DNA of 64,000 nucleotides from a virus: IMG/VR virus record IMGVR_UViG_3300045988_131014, positions 32,001 through 96,000 of that record, one strand, 5' to 3'. The notes beneath the pieces are model-generated. The model was not told the origin of the DNA. It worked only from the letters and a program-made list of their open reading frames with translations, and made no database searches. Of the stretch, positions 61,380 through 64,000 are shown in pieces. The position numbers were made by a program, and so were the translations under genes. Within the stretch, counting starts at the first letter, position 1. Each line of letters starts with the position of its first letter.

Positions 61380-63998
61380 TTACTTCTTTTTAAATGTACT
61401 GTTACACCATGATTTTGTTGCATAATTATTTCTTACCCATGATTTTATATCATCTAATCTGTCCTCAAGATGAGAATTTGTTGTGTGTCCAGATAAATCT
61501 GTTTTTAATGCAAATTTATCATTACACCATTCTTCTCTAGCAAGGTAAGAACTATAATTATCAATATAAGGCGTATTTTTAAAATGTACATTATTTGTGG
61601 TATCGAATGTAAGATATCCACTAGGACATGTAATTTTTGGGTTGGATAACATAATAAAATTTAATTGCTTCAACGATAGCTCCTGTGTTGTTATAGAATC
61701 TCTTTTTATTAATGAACACAAATCATTAGAATCCCAACCAATATTTAATGCATTTATAATCATAGTATTATTTTGACCTAATAAATCGAACGATAACCCA
61801 CCAGGAGATAATACTGCGTTCATATAACCAATAGAAGTATTTATATAACCACTATACAAAGATGTTTCTCCAATATTCCAACCTCCTATTGTCCCAGAAG
61901 ATGCATTTACTTTACCACTAAAACTTCCATCTGCTCCATCCAATGTCCCTTTAAATGTACAGTTTCCACCAAACGTTCCATTGTTTGCAAAAACATTTCC
62001 ATTCTTATCAACCATAAATGTCCCATTACCAAGATTAATAGAACCACCTTTTAACTGACCGCTGAAAATGCCAGAAGAACCAGTCAAATCGCCTGTAAAA
62101 TGCACATTACCATCTGAGTCAACGTAAAACTGTTTGTTATTTCCTTTGTAAATAGAAAATAATTCTCCACTTTGATTCGGTTGAATTCGTACAGAGTTAT
62201 TACCACCTTTAGCAATAAAACCATCATCATCAAATTTATAAGTACCTGAATTATTTTGTAGCGTAAGATATTCTCCCAAAAATAATTTTCCTAAAATCGC
62301 TTCGGCATTTACGGCATAAACAGTATTACCATTTTTATCAATGGGTATCTTACCGATAGCCATTTTTGCACTCTTGAAACCATCATCGGAAAATACAATT
62401 TGGTTGTTAATAATCTTAATCTGTTCGGGATCGAAGTCATTCTTCTGTTCATTCCATTGCCTGAACCACATTCCAGTTTCGTCCCATGATTGATGTTGAT
62501 TTTTTACAGGAATATTTGCAACATCTAATCCATATTTCCGCATTTCCTCAACAAAGTTACTCTGATTTACAGACTTATCGTATTGGTCTTTGTTAAACTG
62601 AAAGCTCATAGCAGCCGAATTAGCTTGCGCTTGAATGCTAGATGCATCTTCATAAATATCATGTACACGAATAGCATCAGAGAAAGTTACATCAATCTTA
62701 CTTGTGTCATTATAATCAACAGTAAAACTAATCAATCTCAGTTTAATAACGGTGTCGTAATCAGTAGCCATTCTTATAAAATTGCCAAGTTGGAAATATT
62801 TCAAGAATCCTTTGAATTGTGGAATAGTAAGAACATTAGAAAGAGTAGAAGAGTATTGATATTGTGGTCTACATTTTTTAGATAAATCTTTCCATGCAAC
62901 ATCAAATAACTGTCGCTCAATATCAAATCTTTCTGTATCAGTTGTATTATCTGTAGTAATATAATTGTCGTTACTATATGTTTCCTCTACAACATAAGAA
63001 TCAAGTGTTTTCCATTCATCCTTAGTAAACCATTTATCCATATCCAACTGAGATTGAACAGCATTTCTTTCTGCGATAATAGAATTATATACATCTGTAG
63101 CAGAATCAACCTCAGACTTTCTTTTATTGTATTCGGCAGTAACATTGTTCAAATCCTCAAGATTTTGCTGATACAGATTATAGTTAAAAGAATTTGGCTT
63201 ATTCATACCTTGGGCACAATAAACTTCATCTATGTTCTTGAACGATTTAACCTTTGAATCCAGAAAATCCAATCCATATTTCGTCCAATCTTTAGAATCC
63301 AAACTATCAGGTAATCTCGTTTCAAGTTCCTGAATAACACCAATCTGATCGCCAAGACGTTTCATGATTTCTTCATACTGTGGTTTTAAAGACTGATATT
63401 TCTCATTATATGCTTTCACCTTATTCTGAATAGATTCTTCCATTTCTGGTAGGTAATACTCAAAATTGTAAATTTTATTTGTACTATTAGGATTAACTTC
63501 ATTGATATAAATTCCGTCACCACCATTGACACGATAGCATGTAATAATGCTATTTTCATCAATGCTTTCTGTCATAGACTGCGCAAGATTATCCATTGAG
63601 ACATAGATATTTGTATCTTCCCCATAATTGTCTAAATCATAAGCATTTATAGTCATATTGAATGTATCGAAAACAAACAAACAATTAAATGCTTCTGATA
63701 CATCACCAGTCAAAAATGAATATATATCTATATCGTCCTCGTCAAAACTTCTCTGTTTGTTAGCAAGAGTAGCATCTACATGACCAACCGACCAACTCGG
63801 AGCAACATTTAATACTCGATGCAATAAACTTCCTTTAGGGTTTGTAGGATCGTAGAAGATGGTCTTTACATAATCGTCATACAAAATCTCGCCTGTATTA
63901 CATTCAAAATCAATGAGTCGCTTATTGCACAAAGTACATTCCAATGAGTTTGCTGTAATACTTTTTGAGATCCCTGTATTCTCAATATTAGTCTCCAC
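61380..63998 (-). CDS. phage tail protein (Tal / minor structural protein type), 5' end probably beyond the window
   Basis: Large ORF running to the window edge. SLLHRVLNVAPSWSVGHVDATLANKQRSFDEDD resembles siphovirus tail-tip proteins, and the C-terminal Gly-rich repeats GTFGGNCTFKGTLDGADGSFSGKVNASSGTIGGW are typical of fibre/spike proteins. Confidence 0.7.
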   Translation of the reverse strand: METNIENTGISKSITANSLECTLCNKRLIDFECNTGEILYDDYVKTIFYDPTNPKGSLLHRVLNVAPSWSVGHVDATLANKQRSFDEDDIDIYSFLTGDVSEAFNCLFVFDTFNMTINAYDLDNYGEDTNIYVSMDNLAQSMTESIDENSIITCYRVNGGDGIYINEVNPNSTNKIYNFEYYLPEMEESIQNKVKAYNEKYQSLKPQYEEIMKRLGDQIGVIQELETRLPDSLDSKDWTKYGLDFLDSKVKSFKNIDEVYCAQGMNKPNSFNYNLYQQNLEDLNNVTAEYNKRKSEVDSATDVYNSIIAERNAVQSQLDMDKWFTKDEWKTLDSYVVEETYSNDNYITTDNTTDTERFDIERQLFDVAWKDLSKKCRPQYQYSSTLSNVLTIPQFKGFLKYFQLGNFIRMATDYDTVIKLRLISFTVDYNDTSKIDVTFSDAIRVHDIYEDASSIQAQANSAAMSFQFNKDQYDKSVNQSNFVEEMRKYGLDVANIPVKNQHQSWDETGMWFRQWNEQKNDFDPEQIKIINNQIVFSDDGFKSAKMAIGKIPIDKNGNTVYAVNAEAILGKLFLGEYLTLQNNSGTYKFDDDGFIAKGGNNSVRIQPNQSGELFSIYKGNNKQFYVDSDGNVHFTGDLTGSSGIFSGQLKGGSINLGNGTFMVDKNGNVFANNGTFGGNCTFKGTLDGADGSFSGKVNASSGTIGGWNIGETSLYSGYINTSIGYMNAVLSPGGLSFDLLGQNNTMIINALNIGWDSNDLCSLIKRDSITTQELSLKQLNFIMLSNPKITCPSGYLTFDTTNNVHFKNTPYIDNYSSYLAREEWCNDKFALKTDLSGHTTNSHLEDRLDDIKSWVRNNYATKSWCNSTFKKK

Positions 63999-64000
63999 AT

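Noticed and set aside
1-64000. CRISPR arrays, reverse transcriptase/DGR or retron elements, self-splicing introns or inteins in the large enzymes
   Set aside because: No regularly spaced direct repeats and no RT motifs were seen. No intein or homing-endonuclease blocks interrupt DnaE, NrdD, the helicases or the ligase. The only HNH gene (16245-16937) is free-standing.

Overview
AT-rich phage or prophage DNA with Firmicutes-style signals (AGGAGG ribosome-binding sites, frequent TTG/GTG starts, TTGACA/TATAAT promoters). From 1 to about 54.7 kb nearly all genes are on the + strand. They comprise a regulatory/accessory module (tyrosine recombinase, XRE and RHH regulators, a MazF-like toxin, two tRNAs, a phage sigma factor); RNA and tRNA maintenance genes (CCA-adding enzyme, DHH phosphoesterase, RNA ligase, Pnk-HD, Pth2-like); a complete nicotinamide-to-NAD+ salvage operon (pncA, unknown ORF, pncB, nadD, nadE); three DNA methyltransferases; many small CxxC proteins; a replication module (SSB-like, Sak4-like ATPase, DnaB-like helicase, primase, RecJ-like, DnaE, RecD-like helicase, DNA ligase); nucleotide metabolism (NrdDG, dUTPase, MazG, kinase, deoxyribosyltransferase-like); and xis plus a C-terminally truncated int. 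From 54.9 kb to the window end the genes are on the - strand: another tyrosine recombinase and tail/tail-fibre genes. The strongest candidate for a novel system is the phage-borne four-enzyme NAD+ salvage operon, a plausible counter to NAD+-depleting immunity by a route different from the described phage pathways. Other non-obvious signals are a perfect 192-bp inverted repeat bracketing the 27.6-kb replication block, a strand-specific ACAGAGAATA motif at gene junctions, in-frame stops or frameshifts in four enzyme genes, and a repeat-dense int/recombinase junction. All function calls rest on motifs read by eye; no database search was run.
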